From Vicugna vicugna (Eukaryota), in the NCBI GenBank assembly GCA_013265495.1, contig MU058037.1, forward strand, positions 250,001 to 314,000: DNA of 64,000 nt, written 5' to 3'. The notes beneath the pieces were generated by a model, which saw only the letters and a list, made by a program, of their open reading frames with translations, did not search any database and was not told the DNA's origin. Numbering within the stretch: position 1 is the first letter of the stretch; the number at the start of each line of letters is the position of its first letter. This document shows, piece by piece, positions 13,704-26,268 of this stretch. A program made the translations under genes and the position numbers.

Positions 13704-14417
13704 TCACGTAGAGGCATTTAAATATAGTAGTCCCACTACCCAATTAAATCAGAATCTCTGGGCCCAGGCATGAGCTTTTGTAAAAACAACTCCTCCTGTG
13801 GTTCTGATGTTCAGCCAGGGTTAAGCACTGATCTAGGTGATTTCCCTTGATTCATGGCTTTTTAAAAATAATATCTGTAGGAAGATGATGTGCAAATATT
13901 TCTCTAGCCCAAACAACTCATTGCTCCCCCTAATGTGTGTTCGACTGCCTACTCAATTTCCCTTCTAGAATGTCTCAAAAGCACCTCAAACTCAAATATC
14001 TGATTCTCTTATAGTGTCTTCTGTTACACTTAATAGACTCATCACACATCCCCTAGATAGACCAAAAACATAGGAATCATTTTTAGTATATATGTCTCCT
14101 TTTCCTTCTGTATCTATTTCCACCATTAAGCCTTGTCAGTTTCACCTCTTAAATCTCTTGAATTCATTATATCTACCTGTCTTCATAACCCATATCCTAG
14201 TCTACAACATTATCTGGTGTCAAGCAGATTATTGCAATAGCTTCTAACAGCTTTCTCATTTCTAATCTCATCCTTCTAATTCTTGTCTGCGCTGTAGCAA
14301 ATAAGCAGCTGTTTTAAAAGGCACATATAACTCCTCTCCTCACCTCAATAATTTAAAAACCGTTTCATAAGTGTACATTGCTGTTAGCATGAAACAGAAT
14401 CACCATAACATGGTCAT

Positions 14418-14975
14418 ATCAGTTTAGCATTCTTCAGTTGCAAGCAACAGAACTTGATTTGGGTTAATTTAAACAAATAGAAATTATTAAATGAATATTG
14501 GATGCTCTCAGAATTGATGGAAAGGTGAGACAACTTGAAAGCAGAAAGGAAGGAAAGCTACTTTGTGTTTAGGGGTGCAGAGAGGGTGAGAGGTTAAGAA
14601 ATTGAAACAGCAGACATTTTTTCATATTAGGAGTAGTCTGCTCTGGATATAGCTTCTTAACTAGTTCAGTGATGAATGTATTATATGATCTAGGACATGT
14701 TGGAAAATGAAATAGAATACTAATTATGATTATGCCAGGTAAAAGGGCATAACCAGGATCGTGTCAGGTAAATTGGAATCTCTAGTCAACCTAACAAATG
14801 ACTATGGCCCTGGATGACATCTTGACCTCAACCTCATGAGAGACCCTGAGTCAAAAACATCTAGCTAGGCTATTCCTGAATTCCTTACCTATAGAAACTG
14901 TCAGACAATAAATATTTACTTTTAAGTCAGTAGGTTTTGAAATAATTTGTTATACAGCAATAAATATCTAATAAA
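14418..14975. mobile_element. MaLR (MLT1) LTR fragments
   Basis: CAGTTGCAAGCAACAGAA at ~14435 and MLT1 3' end GAGAGACCCTGAG...GAAACTGT...TAATTTGTTATACAGCAATA at ~14810-14975. Confidence 0.6.
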
Positions 14976-17139
14976 ATATTTTACTTACGTGATGGATAAA
15001 AAAATTTTCCCCACTCAGGTGCTGCCTCCCCAAGGGCATTATTTTTGTTCCTTTCACTATTTCATATCCACATTTTTTGTGAATAAAACAATGAATAACT
15101 GAATCACTGTCATTTGACTATATCTTGTGAGCCACTGTGCTGGAATTACTGACTGTTTCTCTTAGACTGACTTACACAGAGCCTTTCAGAAAGCCACGAG
15201 CCTATGGGTGTTTGGAAAATAAAATTTGATAATTGTGAAAAGAAAACCCCCAGCTGTTCACCTGCTTGACTATCTCATTAGATCCAAACTTTAGTTTAGA
15301 GAGGGGTATTATATGTTCAATGACCGAATAAATAAGTCATACAGAAGCTGTCATTTTTAAACCATAAAAGTTTTGGAAAGGCAGACACTGTCACAAGCAG
15401 GAGTTGTGCTGTGAATAATGCGATTTAAAATAATCTCAGGCAAAGAACTAGGCCTAGTTAAACTAGACAGTATCCTTCCACTTGCACAGTTGTTTTTTAT
15501 GAATGACTTCTGCAGCTTTGGCTCCTTGATCTTCATGCAAAATTAACTTAGCTGTCATCAAAATTTTATGGTCTATAAACTAAGCCACTTCAGCTTTGCG
15601 TCACCCATATGACACACTGAAGTGTGACCAGAGGAGAGAGCATAAGCCATGACAGGAATGAGAAAATGGTGGTGGGAGAACTATGACATAAACGATAAAG
15701 AAACAATGTGCATAAAGATATGAAAAAGGCATTTGCAAGCTGGCATTCTATTGCAAAGACTTTTTCCCCCACTGTGGGGAAAAAGTGGTGAGTAGAAGCA
15801 AGGAGAAAAAAAGACTATAAGGTTACTTATTCAAGAAAGGTAACTTATTAATGAGTAGAACTACTGTATTGGTTAGATATTGGCTATACTGCTTAGGAAA
15901 ATATAGCATAAAGTAATTTTAACATAACAAAGGAGGGAAAGCCCTCAATTAGACAAGACCACTGAATTCCTTAAGGAGATTTGTCTAGTTTATTTCCATA
16001 TTTCTCATAGCTGAGCAAACCAAATTTCAAAGTGCAATGAACCCTTGGATGGCATATTGTAATTAATGAAATAGTATTAAAAGGATTGATTTCATATATG
16101 ACCACATCTTAGAATTTGTCATCTCGTATGATGCTAACTTTGAATGACTGTTCCCTAAGGTAAACCTAACTGCCTGAATTATCTTGTACCTTGCAGAAAA
16201 ATTCAGCCCTCAACCCCTCAAAAGGCCTTTTCAACCTTTAGAGCTTATGCTATTAGTGTTACATGGGATTTGTTTATGGGCAGGCATCACTTATGAGCCA
16301 ACGTCGTACTTTAAAAAAAGCAAATTAGGTTGTCTCTCTGTTCTCTTCATGCTGATCATGTTGAGAGCTGCAAACTAAAACTCCCATGTATCAACTGACA
16401 AAACTTAGATTTTAAAATAAACTGCCACTTTAAAATCATTCTGCTTCAAGGGGAAAAACACATTTTAAATGTCACATAGTCTACAAATGAGACTCTAACA
16501 ATGTGTGCTGTTTTTGTAGTTTCTTTTAATTGTGTTAATTATAATTCATTTTTTTCTAGAAAAAATTAAAACAGTATTTCTCAGTAAAATGGTTGTCAGC
16601 TACCTGACTTAACTTGAATATTCAGTATGGAATTCTTCTATAATAAATTCTGACTATTATAGTCCTTCTTTCCATCAGTGCCCAACAATCTGATATAGGT
16701 TGTAGAAATGTGCCTGCATGAATTTCATGCCCTGGCTTTTTACCTTAATAAACATTGGAACTAATTAGTGCTAGTCAGAAGTGACACTTTCCCCATTTGC
16801 CCTTGCGTCCAGGGATAGTTTATTAGGGTTCCCTAAGATCCCATTTTGCCTTAGTTGTAACCTAACAATTTTTGTACTTTGGATAACTTAAACTCTGAAT
16901 TGGAATATCATTTATCCCCGAGGAGAACACTGTGGATGATTTCTAACTAAAAGGAGGAGAGTAGGTAGGTGAAGAAGACTGTTGACTAAAACACACTCCC
17001 ACGTAGTCAAAATCCAATCTGAAACGCTATTGGAGCACAGGAGAGGAACACTTAGCTCAGCCTGAAAAGAGCAGGAGGCTCCGCAGAAAGCTTCTCAAAG
17101 TAAGATTGGATAGGAAGACAAGGGAGGAAGGATGAAGAG

Positions 17140-17238
17140 ACTGTCAAATTAGTTCAGGTCAGATGAATTACCCAAATGAGAAAATACTTTGGGTTTCTAG
17201 AGGACTTTGGAATTGTGGATTAGGGATTGTGGATCTGT
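17140..17238 (-). mobile_element. Old TcMar-Tigger fragment (Tigger15-like terminus)
   Basis: GGAATTGTGGATTAGGGATTGTGGATCTG resembles the reverse complement of a CAGGTCCACAATCCCTTATCC terminus. Confidence 0.5.
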
Positions 17239-17460
17239 GATACCTTTATTTTATAAATAAGAAAACTAAAGCTTGGAATTTTTAAGTAACTTTATGGAGA
17301 GAACCTCTCTTAACTGCTTGGAAGAGGAATATGTGATTCAGACAGTAGTTATAGAAGACAGGGAAAAATTAAGAATGTTAATGACCAAGCAAAGATTATT
17401 ATAAAAAATAACCTAATTTAGCCAATTGCTTCTATCTCTTCTGGTAATATATTTGTAGTG

Positions 17461-17705
17461 GAGTAGTGTTGAATTGTGATTAAGAGCACAGGTTCTGGAG
17501 CTGGACTGCCTAGATTTGCATCCCTGTTCTACCACTTACGAACCCTGGGACTTGGAGCAAATTAGTTCATCTTTCAGTTTGTAACATTCTATAAAACGAG
17601 GATAAACACTGGTTGTTGTAGGGGTTAAATTAGTTAATACATTCAAGTACTTAAGAGTGTCTAGCACATAGTTAAGTACTTAACAAAGTTACTACATATT
17701 TATTT
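17461..17705 (+). mobile_element. Near full-length MIR SINE
   Basis: GATTAAGAGCACAGGTTCTGGAGCTGGACTGCCTAG...ACCACTTAC...GTGTCTAGCACATAG. Confidence 0.85.
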
Positions 17706-18740
17706 ATTCATATTAGTATCTCTGGAATTCCCCCTTTGATAATATGAATATGAGCTATCAACCAGGAGAAAAATGCATGTGGCTGAATTTCATTTTGTTT
17801 ACCTCTTGATCCATCTTTTCTTGACGAGATCCTAATGTATACATTAGGTTTTTAATTCAAGTAAAGGCTGAAGAATAAAGGTAAGATGATTCATACTGGA
17901 AAAACAGATGTGTGGAAACTGTTTTTTATTTAAGGAGATTTTTTAAAAATGCATTTCTCCTTTATGCATTATACCAACTCAAATTATTTTGCTATTTTGA
18001 AGACTCTCTTTGATATTAGTATCTCTTAAAAGGAGACAACCCAGAGTTTGAGGTAATTTCAAAATAAAGTTAAGTTTTAATTGGGAATAGAAGTTGGATC
18101 TCCTGGATTGCTCTCTGCTTGTGTTCAGTTGAGGCAATCACAAATGTTCAAATCTGAGGCACTTAGAAGAAGCATTGGGCTGCAATGACATTTTTAAAGG
18201 AATTTCATTAATACGGCTAATTCAGATCTCTTTTTTTTCTCTCCTTCCCTTTCAGAATCCTAGAAAATAAAACCAGTAAACAAATGTTACTATCAGTGAC
18301 CTTGAGAAAGAGTTTAAATGCAAATTGCTCAATTTTTCTCAGGTTCCAAATGGGAGAGAATAAGGTTTGCAGGGCAGTTTTTCTTTTCCAGTCTCATTAA
18401 GCGTGTCTTCTGGGGGTTGCAAATTAAAGTAGCCTTTTGTTAAATCTGTAAAGGATCCTGGTATGGAAACCTAGGGCCATAGTTGACTTTTTAATATTTC
18501 TTTCACCCTGAAGGGCTAATATTCTCACAGCATTTTAGTTCAGCTTCGGCTCTCTCTGTCTCTTGTGACAGTATCTCAGGTTTTACAGCTGTGACTACAT
18601 TATTAAATGAGAATGCCAAGCAAAGAGAGGCACACGCCAGTCAAACTGACACTGAACTCAGATGTCAATGTTATACCAAGGAAATGAAATAAGGTCTTTG
18701 ACTATTTCCCAGCTTTCTGCCCTCAGGCCTATAGTAGTTC

Positions 18741-18776
18741 CTTTCTTTCTTTCTTTTTTTTTTTTTTTTTTTTTTC
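18741..18776. repeat. (CTTT)n / poly-T tract
   Basis: Directly visible. Confidence 0.9.
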
Positions 18777-20016
18777 ACTGTATTAAATCAGATTCAATCC
18801 CTGAGATATCATAGAAATTTAAACATTTTGATAAATAGGAATAATTGAAGGTTTAAAATATTTTTTCTCTTAGGAATGTAATTATATTGGTAAAATATTT
18901 ATTTACCTAATCTGAAATCCAGATGTAGATATGACAACTTACTAGTTAATGAATTATTTTCCCCCCTACTCCTCTGTAATTACCCCATAGGCAGCCATTT
19001 TAGCGTCTTTCTGTTGCCAAATGTGTATTGCTGTTTTGCATATGTCCATTTTAGTTTACTTTAAAGGTTATTTTTAAAATTTATTTCTTTCTTTTCCTAA
19101 GCACTTACATTTGGGAACCTTCATGTTATTAAAATATGTATTTTTGAATATTCATGTTCTAGTCCTATTTAAAGTGACATCCATGTGATGTGTTAATTGA
19201 AGATTTCTGGGAAAAGTTTTCTGACTGAAAGCACATTTCTCTTTGATACCCAATCGTTGACAGTGTTTCAAAACACATTTGGAAAGAGTAATAAACTGAG
19301 TTACAAAAACATCTTTAACTTGGTTAAAGTGTCACTCTAATATCTAGAAGTTTATTGACTAATATCCTATTACAACCATTCTTGCTATGCCTGTGGAAAT
19401 TATTGTTAAATCAGATGTAATGGGTTGAGTTACTTAAATTCCTCAGTTCAAGTCACATAATCGGTCAATGCAATGTCCCTCTTGTTTTATTGGTCTCTTT
19501 ATTATCCTTTTTTCTTCCTAATCCCTATTCCGAATCTTCTCCCCTGCACACAGGCAAACATTTAATTAAATAAAGTCTACCCTTCATTTCTGTGTGTTCT
19601 AGAAAACATGTTTTCTGTGTATGAATTTTTAATAAACAAAAATATTTTATTTTTCAGCACTATAATTTTTTTATATTCTATTCATGTTACTGTGTGTACC
19701 CTCTTGCTTCAGACTACTGCGTAATCCATTGTAGGGTTTCATCATATTTTACTTACTCATTTCCCTGGTGATGAAACACAAATTATCTTCAGCTTCTTGC
19801 TACCCCAAACAATGTTGTGATAAATATCCTTGTACATGTCTTCTTACAGACTGTAAGAAAATTTCTCAGGAGTATATAGCCAGGAGTGAGAATTCAGAGT
19901 CAGATGGTGTAGATACACCTAGTCTGTTTCAGCACTGCCAGATCGCTTTCTAGAATACCCATGCTTGTCTATACTCTATATTACCACATGTCCCTTAATG
20001 CTTGAAATTATCCAGC

Positions 20017-20545
20017 TGTGGCATATTGTGTTTTCCAAAGATGTCTGCAACAGTATCTCCCATCCCACATGTTTCTCTGGAAACTTGCCACTCACCATCA
20101 AGAAGTCAAGTCCAGTTTTCCTTCCCTTGATCATAAGCAGGCTTTTGTGAGTGTTTTGGTCAAAAAGAATGTGGTAAAAGTAACATTATGTGACTTTTGA
20201 GGCCAGATTATGAAAGGTGATTCAGTTTCTGTCTTGCTTGCCATGGATCTCTGAGCTTACCATGTGTGAGATATGACTTCCCTGAGGCCACCTTGCTATG
20301 AGGAAATCTAAACTAGCCTATATTATAGACCACAAGGAGAAGGTGGTATGAGGAGAGAGAGATGTCTGGTCATTCCCTAGTTTCTCTAGCTCCAGACACC
20401 TTTTGATTCTGGGCCAGAGCCTCTCAGCCAAACCATTCCTGGATCCTTGACCCACAGAGATCATGAGAAATAATAAAATGATTGTAGTTGTTTTGAGCAA
20501 CTAAGTTTTGTGTTAATTTCTTACACAGCAATAGTAACATAAATA
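20017..20545 (+). mobile_element. MaLR solo LTR, MLT1H-like
   Basis: Begins TGTGGCATATTGTGTTTTCCAAAGATG...ATCTCCCATCCCACATG; AATAATAAAA near 3' end; flanks CCAGC/CCAGT as a putative 5-bp TSD. Confidence 0.85.
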
Positions 20546-21079
20546 CCAGTTTTCTAATTTTTGCTAATCTGATAGAAATAAAGTGATAGATTAATTACTA
20601 GTGAGCTTGAGCATCTCTTAATATGCTTGAGTTAATTGCTTTCTTGAATTAATTGCCTGTTCATTTTCTTTGCCCATTTTATTTTCAGTCCTTGTTTAGA
20701 AGGTGTTCCTTTCATATTCCAGATGTTAATCCCTGTCAGTTTTAACATTACATATTTTTCTTCCCTTCTCTCATCTATCTGTTAACTCTGTCATTTGACA
20801 GATCCTTCATTTTGTTGTTATTGAGGTATAGTTGATTTACAATATTTTCAGCGGTACAACACAGTGATTCAGTATTTTTATAGATTATACTCCATTTAAG
20901 GTTATTATAGAACATTGGCTGTATTCCTGTGCTGTATAATATATCCTTGTTGCTTATTTACTTATACACAGTAGTTTGTACTTCTGAACCCCGTATCTTT
21001 ATCTTGCCTCATCCCACTGGTAACTACTAATTTGTTCTCTGTATCTGTGAGTCTGCTTCTGTTTTGTTTTATTTTTTAG

Positions 21080-21217
21080 ATTCTACATATAAATGATAAC
21101 ATATATTATTTGTCTTTCTCTGTCTGACTTCACTAAGCATAATACCCTCCAGGTCCATTCATATTGTTGCAAATGGCAGAATTTCACTATTTTTATGGCC
21201 GAGTAATATTCCATTTT

Positions 21218-21255
<38 letters not shown>

Positions 21256-24200
21256 ACATACATGCATACATACACACACCACATCTTTATCCATTTGTCT
21301 GTTGATGAACACTTAGGTTGTTTTCATATCTTGGGTAATGTAAATAATGCTATGAACATTGTGGTGCTTGTATCTTTTTGAATTAGTGTTTTCATTTCCT
21401 TCAGATATATACCCAGAATTGAAATTGCTGGATCATATGGTAGTTCTATTTTTAGTTGTTTGAGGAACCTCCATACTATTTTTCATTGTGGCTGCACTAA
21501 TTTACATTCCCACCAATAGAGAACTAGGGTTCCTTTTCTTCTTCAACCTCACCAACATTTGTTATTTGTGGTCCTTTTAAAGATAGCCCATTCTGACAGA
21601 TGTGAGGTGATATCTCATTGTGATTTTGATTTGCATTTTTCTGATCATTAGCAATGTTGAGCATCTTTTCATATACCTGTTGGCCATCTGTATGCCTTTG
21701 GAAAAATGTCTATTCAGGTTTTATACCCATTTTAAAATCAGGTGTTTTATTTTGCTATTGAGTTGTATGAGCTGTTTATGTATTTTGAATATTAAGCTCT
21801 TATCAGTCATATAATTTGCAAATATTTTCTCCCATTCAGTAGGTTGACTTTTCATTTTGTTAAATTTTTTTACCTGTTCAAAAGCTTTTAAGTTTAATTA
21901 GGTCCCATTTGTTTATTTTTGCTTTTGTTTCATTTGCCTTAGGAGACAGATCCAAAAAAATATTGTAACAATTTATGTCAAAGTGTTCGACCTATTTTTT
22001 TCTTCTAGGAGTTTTATGATTTCCAGTCTTACATTTAGGTCTTTAATCAATCAATTTTGAGTTTATTTTTGTATATGGTGTGGGAAATGGTTCTGAATTC
22101 ATTCTTCTACATGTAGCTATCCATTTTTCCCAGCCCTACTTATTAAAGAGACTGTTTTTTTCCCCATTGTATATTCTTGCCTCCTTTATCATAAATTAAT
22201 TCACCATAAGCACATGGCTTTATTTCTGGGCTCTCTATTCTGTTCCATTGATCTTTGTGTCTTATTTTTGTCCCAGTACCATTTTGTTTTGATTGCTGTA
22301 GTTTTGTTGTATAAAGTCAGAGAGTGTGATATCTCCAGATTTATTCTTTTTCCTAATGATTTCTTTGGCTATTTGGAATCTTTTGTGATTCCATATAGAT
22401 ATTAAAGTTGTTTGTTTTAGTTCTGTGAAATATGTCATAGGTATTTTGATAGAGATTGCATTAAATCTGTAGATTGCTTTGGGTAGTTTGGACACTTTAA
22501 TGATATTAATTCTTTCATGCCATGAACATGAGATATCTCTCCATTTCTTTGTATCATCTTCAATTTCCTTCATCAGTGTTTTATAGTTTTCAGAGTATAG
22601 ATCTTTCACCTCCTTGGTTAAGTTTATTCCTAGGTATTTTATTCATTCTGATGTGATTTTAAATGTGGTTGTTTTCTTGCTTTCTCTTTCTGATAGTTCA
22701 TTATTAGTGTGTAGAAAAGCAGCAGATATCTGTATATTATTGTCGATTCTGCAACTTTATTGAATTCATTTATTAGTTATAATTGTTTTTGGATGGAGAC
22801 TTTAGGTTTTTTTTTTTATAGATAATACCATGTCATCTGCAAACAGTGACAGTTTTACTTATTCCTTTCCAATTTGAATGCGTTTTATTTCTTTTTCTTT
22901 GTCTGATTACTGTGGCTAGGACCTCCAAATATTATGTTAAATAGAAATGGCAGGAGTGAGCATTCTTGTCTTGCTCCTGTATTTAGAGGAAAAGCTTTCA
23001 GCTTCTCACCATTGAGCATGATTTTAGTTATGGATCATATATAGCCTTAATTATGTTGAGTTATGTTCCCTTTATACCACCTTTGAGAGTTTTTAACTAC
23101 TAATGGATGTTGTATTCTGTCCAGTGCTTTTTCCTCCATCTATTGAGATAATAGTTTGATTTTTTCCTTCCTTTTTTTAACGTGAGGTATCACATTGATT
23201 GATTTGTGGATATTGAAGCATCCTTGTGTTCCTGGAACAAATCCCACTTCATCATGGTGTATGATCCTTTTTATAGATCTACGAATTCAGTTTGCTAATA
23301 TTTTGTTGAGGAGTTTTGCATCTATATTCATCAAAGATACTGCCCTGTAACTTTCTTTTTTTTGGTAGTGTCTTAGTCTGGTTTTGATGTAAGCGTAATG
23401 GTGGCTTCATACAATGAATTCATGAATGTTCCCTTCTCTTCAATTTTTTTTTCGAATAGTTTGATAAGGATAGGTATTAGCTCTTCTTCATATGTTTCGT
23501 AGAATTCTCCTGTGAAGCCATTTTATCCTGAGCTTTGGTTTCTGGGAATTTTTTTATTACTAATTCAGTTTCACTAGTAGTGATCCGTCTTTTTAAATTG
23601 TCTATTTCTTCCTGATTCAGTCTTGGAAGATTGTTTTTTAGAAATGTATCTGTTTTCTTCTAGGTTGTCCAATTTGTTGACATATAACTGTTTGTAGTAT
23701 AGGCTTACACATTTTTGACTGTCTGTGATATTGGTTGTAATTTCTACTTTTTCACTTCTTATTTTGTTTATTTGGGGCCTCTCTCTTTTCTTCTTGGTGA
23801 GCTTGGTTAATGATTTATCAATTTTGTTTATCTTTTCAAAAAACTAGCTCTTGATTTCATTGATTTTTTCTTATTTTTAAAAATTTCTGTTTTATTTATT
23901 TCCTCTCTGATCTTTATTATTTCCTTCCTTCTGCTAACTTTGGGCTTTGTTCTTTTTCTAATTCCTTTAGTTGATAGGTTATGTTGTTTATTTCAGATTT
24001 TTCTTGTGTTTGAGCTATACCTCTTTTGCTGTAAGCTTTCTTCTTGGAACTGCTTTTGCTCTATCCCATAGATTTTGGAAAGTTGTGTTTGCATTTTCAT
24101 TTGTCTCAAGATATTTTCTGATTCCCTTTTCGATTTCTTCATCGACTTCATCAACTAATTCTTTAAAAGCATCTTGTTTAGTCTCCATGTGTTTGTGTTT

Positions 24201-24928
24201 TTCCCATTTTTCTTACTATTATTGATTTCTAGTTTCATATCATTGTAGTCAGAAAAAAAATGCTTGGTATAATTTCTATCCTCTTAAATTTGTTGAGACT
24301 TGATTTGTAGCCTAGAATTTTATCTATCCTGGAGAACATTTCATGTGCACTTGAAAAGAATGTGTATTCTGCTATTTTTGGATGTTATGTCCTTTAGATA
24401 TCTGTTAAGTCCTAGTGGTCTAATGTCATTTAAGACTACTATTTCCCTAATGTATCTGTCTGGATGATGTGTCTATTGATGTAAGTGGGCTGTTAAAGTT
24501 TCCTACTATTATTATATTAGTTGCCAATTTCTCCCTTTATGTCTCTCAGTATTTACTTTACATATTTAGATGCTCCTATGTTAGGTGCATGTATGTTAAT
24601 GAATGTCATATCCTCTTCTTGTATTGATCCCTTTATCATTATGTAATTCCCTTTTTTGTCTTCTGTTATAGACTTTAAAACATATTCTATTTTGCCTGAT
24701 ACGAGTATTGCTACCCCAGAATTCTCATTGTTTCCATTTGCATGAAATATAATTTTGCATGCCCTCACTTTGTCTGTGTGTGTCTTTAGCTCTGAAGCAA
24801 ATCTCTCATAAGCAACATATTGATAGGTCTTGCTTTGCTACCCAGTTAGCCACCTTATATCTTTTGATTGAAGCATTTAGTTCATTGACATTAAAAGTGA
24901 TTATTGATAGGTATGTGTTAACTGCCAT
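21080..24928 (-). pseudogene. L1 ORF2 (EN/RT) remnant, disrupted by stops and frameshifts
   Basis: ATG at 24928; fragments KIIFHANGN...GVAIL...IMIKGSIQEEDMTFINIHAPN and [22 protein letters not shown]. Confidence 0.85.
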
Positions 24929-25400
24929 TTATTGCCTGTTTTCTGGTTGTTTTTGTAGTTCTTTTCTGTCCTTCTCTTATTTTACTTTCTTCCCTTGGCG
25001 TTTGATGATTTTCTTAAGTGGTATATTTGTGTGCCTTTCTCTCTAGTATTTGTGTATCTATTGTAGGTTTTTTATTTGTGATTACCACAGTTTCGTATAT
25101 GTTTAACCTATAACTGTATCTACTTGTTTTAAACTGGTGGTTCAAACACATTCTAAAAGAGAAGCATTTTTTACCCCCTCTGCCAACTTTTGTGTTTTTA
25201 ATGTCATATTTTAATCTTCCTGTTTATCCCTTAACTGTTTGTTATAGTCATAGTTCATTCTACATTTTTTGTCTTTTAATCTTGTGTTAGCTTATTTAAG
25301 TGGTTGATCCACAGCCTTTGTTGTTTATTTGCTTTTACTAGTGAATTATTTTCCCTTTCCTATAGATTCTTACTTCCTGTTAAAGCCTTTTCTTTACCAC

Positions 25401-26268
25401 TTAGAGAAGACCCTTTAACATTTCTTTTAAGGTTGGTTTAGTATTGATGAACTCTTTTAGTTGTGCTCATCTGAGAAGTTCTTTGTCTTTTCTTCAATTC
25501 TGAGTGATAATCTTGCTGCATAGAGAATCCTAGGTTGCAGATTTTTTCCCTTTAAGTACTTTAAATATATCATGCCACTCCTTTCTTCTTGCAAAGTATC
25601 TGCAGAAAAATCAGCTGATAGCCTTATGGGGTTTCCTTTGTATGTGATGCTTTGTTTTTCTCTGGCTGCCTTTAGAAATCTGTATTTAACTTTTGCCCTT
25701 TTAATTGTGATGTGTCTTGGTGTGGGTCTCTTTGGGTTCATCTTGTTTAGAACTCTCTCTGCTTCCTATGCCTGGAATCTTTTTCCTTCTTCAGGTTTAA
25801 GAAGTGTTCAGCCACTATTTCATGAAGTATATTTTTGATCCCTTTCTCTCTCTTTTCTCCTTCTTAGACCCCTATAATGCAAATGTTGGTACGCTTGATG
25901 GTGTCCTAAAGGTCCCTTAAACTGTTTTCATTTAAAAACATTTTTCTTTTTGCTCTTCTGATTGTATGATTTTCACTATTCTATCTTCCAGATCACTTAG
26001 GCATTCTTTGGTATCACCTAATCTGCTGTTCATTTCTTCTAGTGTGTTTTTCATTTCAGTTACTGTATTCTTTGGCTCTGACTGGTTCTTTTTCTACTTC
26101 CTTGTTAAAATCCTCAGTGTTCATGTATTCTTTTCCCTAGTTCCATTAGCATTCTTATTACTAATAATTTGAACTCTCTATATGCCAAATCACTTACCTC
26201 TCTTTCATTAGTTTTTTTCCAGATTTTTCTTTTTCTTTTGTTTGAAATAACTTCCTCTGTCGTCTCAT
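25401..26268 (-). pseudogene. L1 ORF1 remnant, disrupted
   Basis: ATG at 26268, TAA at 25401-25403; track fragment 25457-25741 is the ORF1p C-terminal region. Confidence 0.85.

Larger units (their letters stand above)
9529..13830. mobile_element. MER5-family (hAT-Charlie) MITE split by L1 (pieces 9529-9576 and 13704-13830)
   Basis: Left TIR-like TAGTAGTTCTCAAGCCTGG; right part CCAATTAAATCAGAATCTCTGGG...CAGCCAGGGTTAAGCACTG. Confidence 0.75.
9150..14415 (+). mobile_element. L2 RT/3' region, split by MER5 and L1 (pieces ~9150-9528 and 13831-14415)
   Basis: CCACTTCAATCTGGCTTT...CAGTCTTAGCCCTTCTTTTCTC on the left resumes colinearly as CTAGGTGATTTCCCTTGATTCATGGCTTT...GATGATG on the right. Confidence 0.8.
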
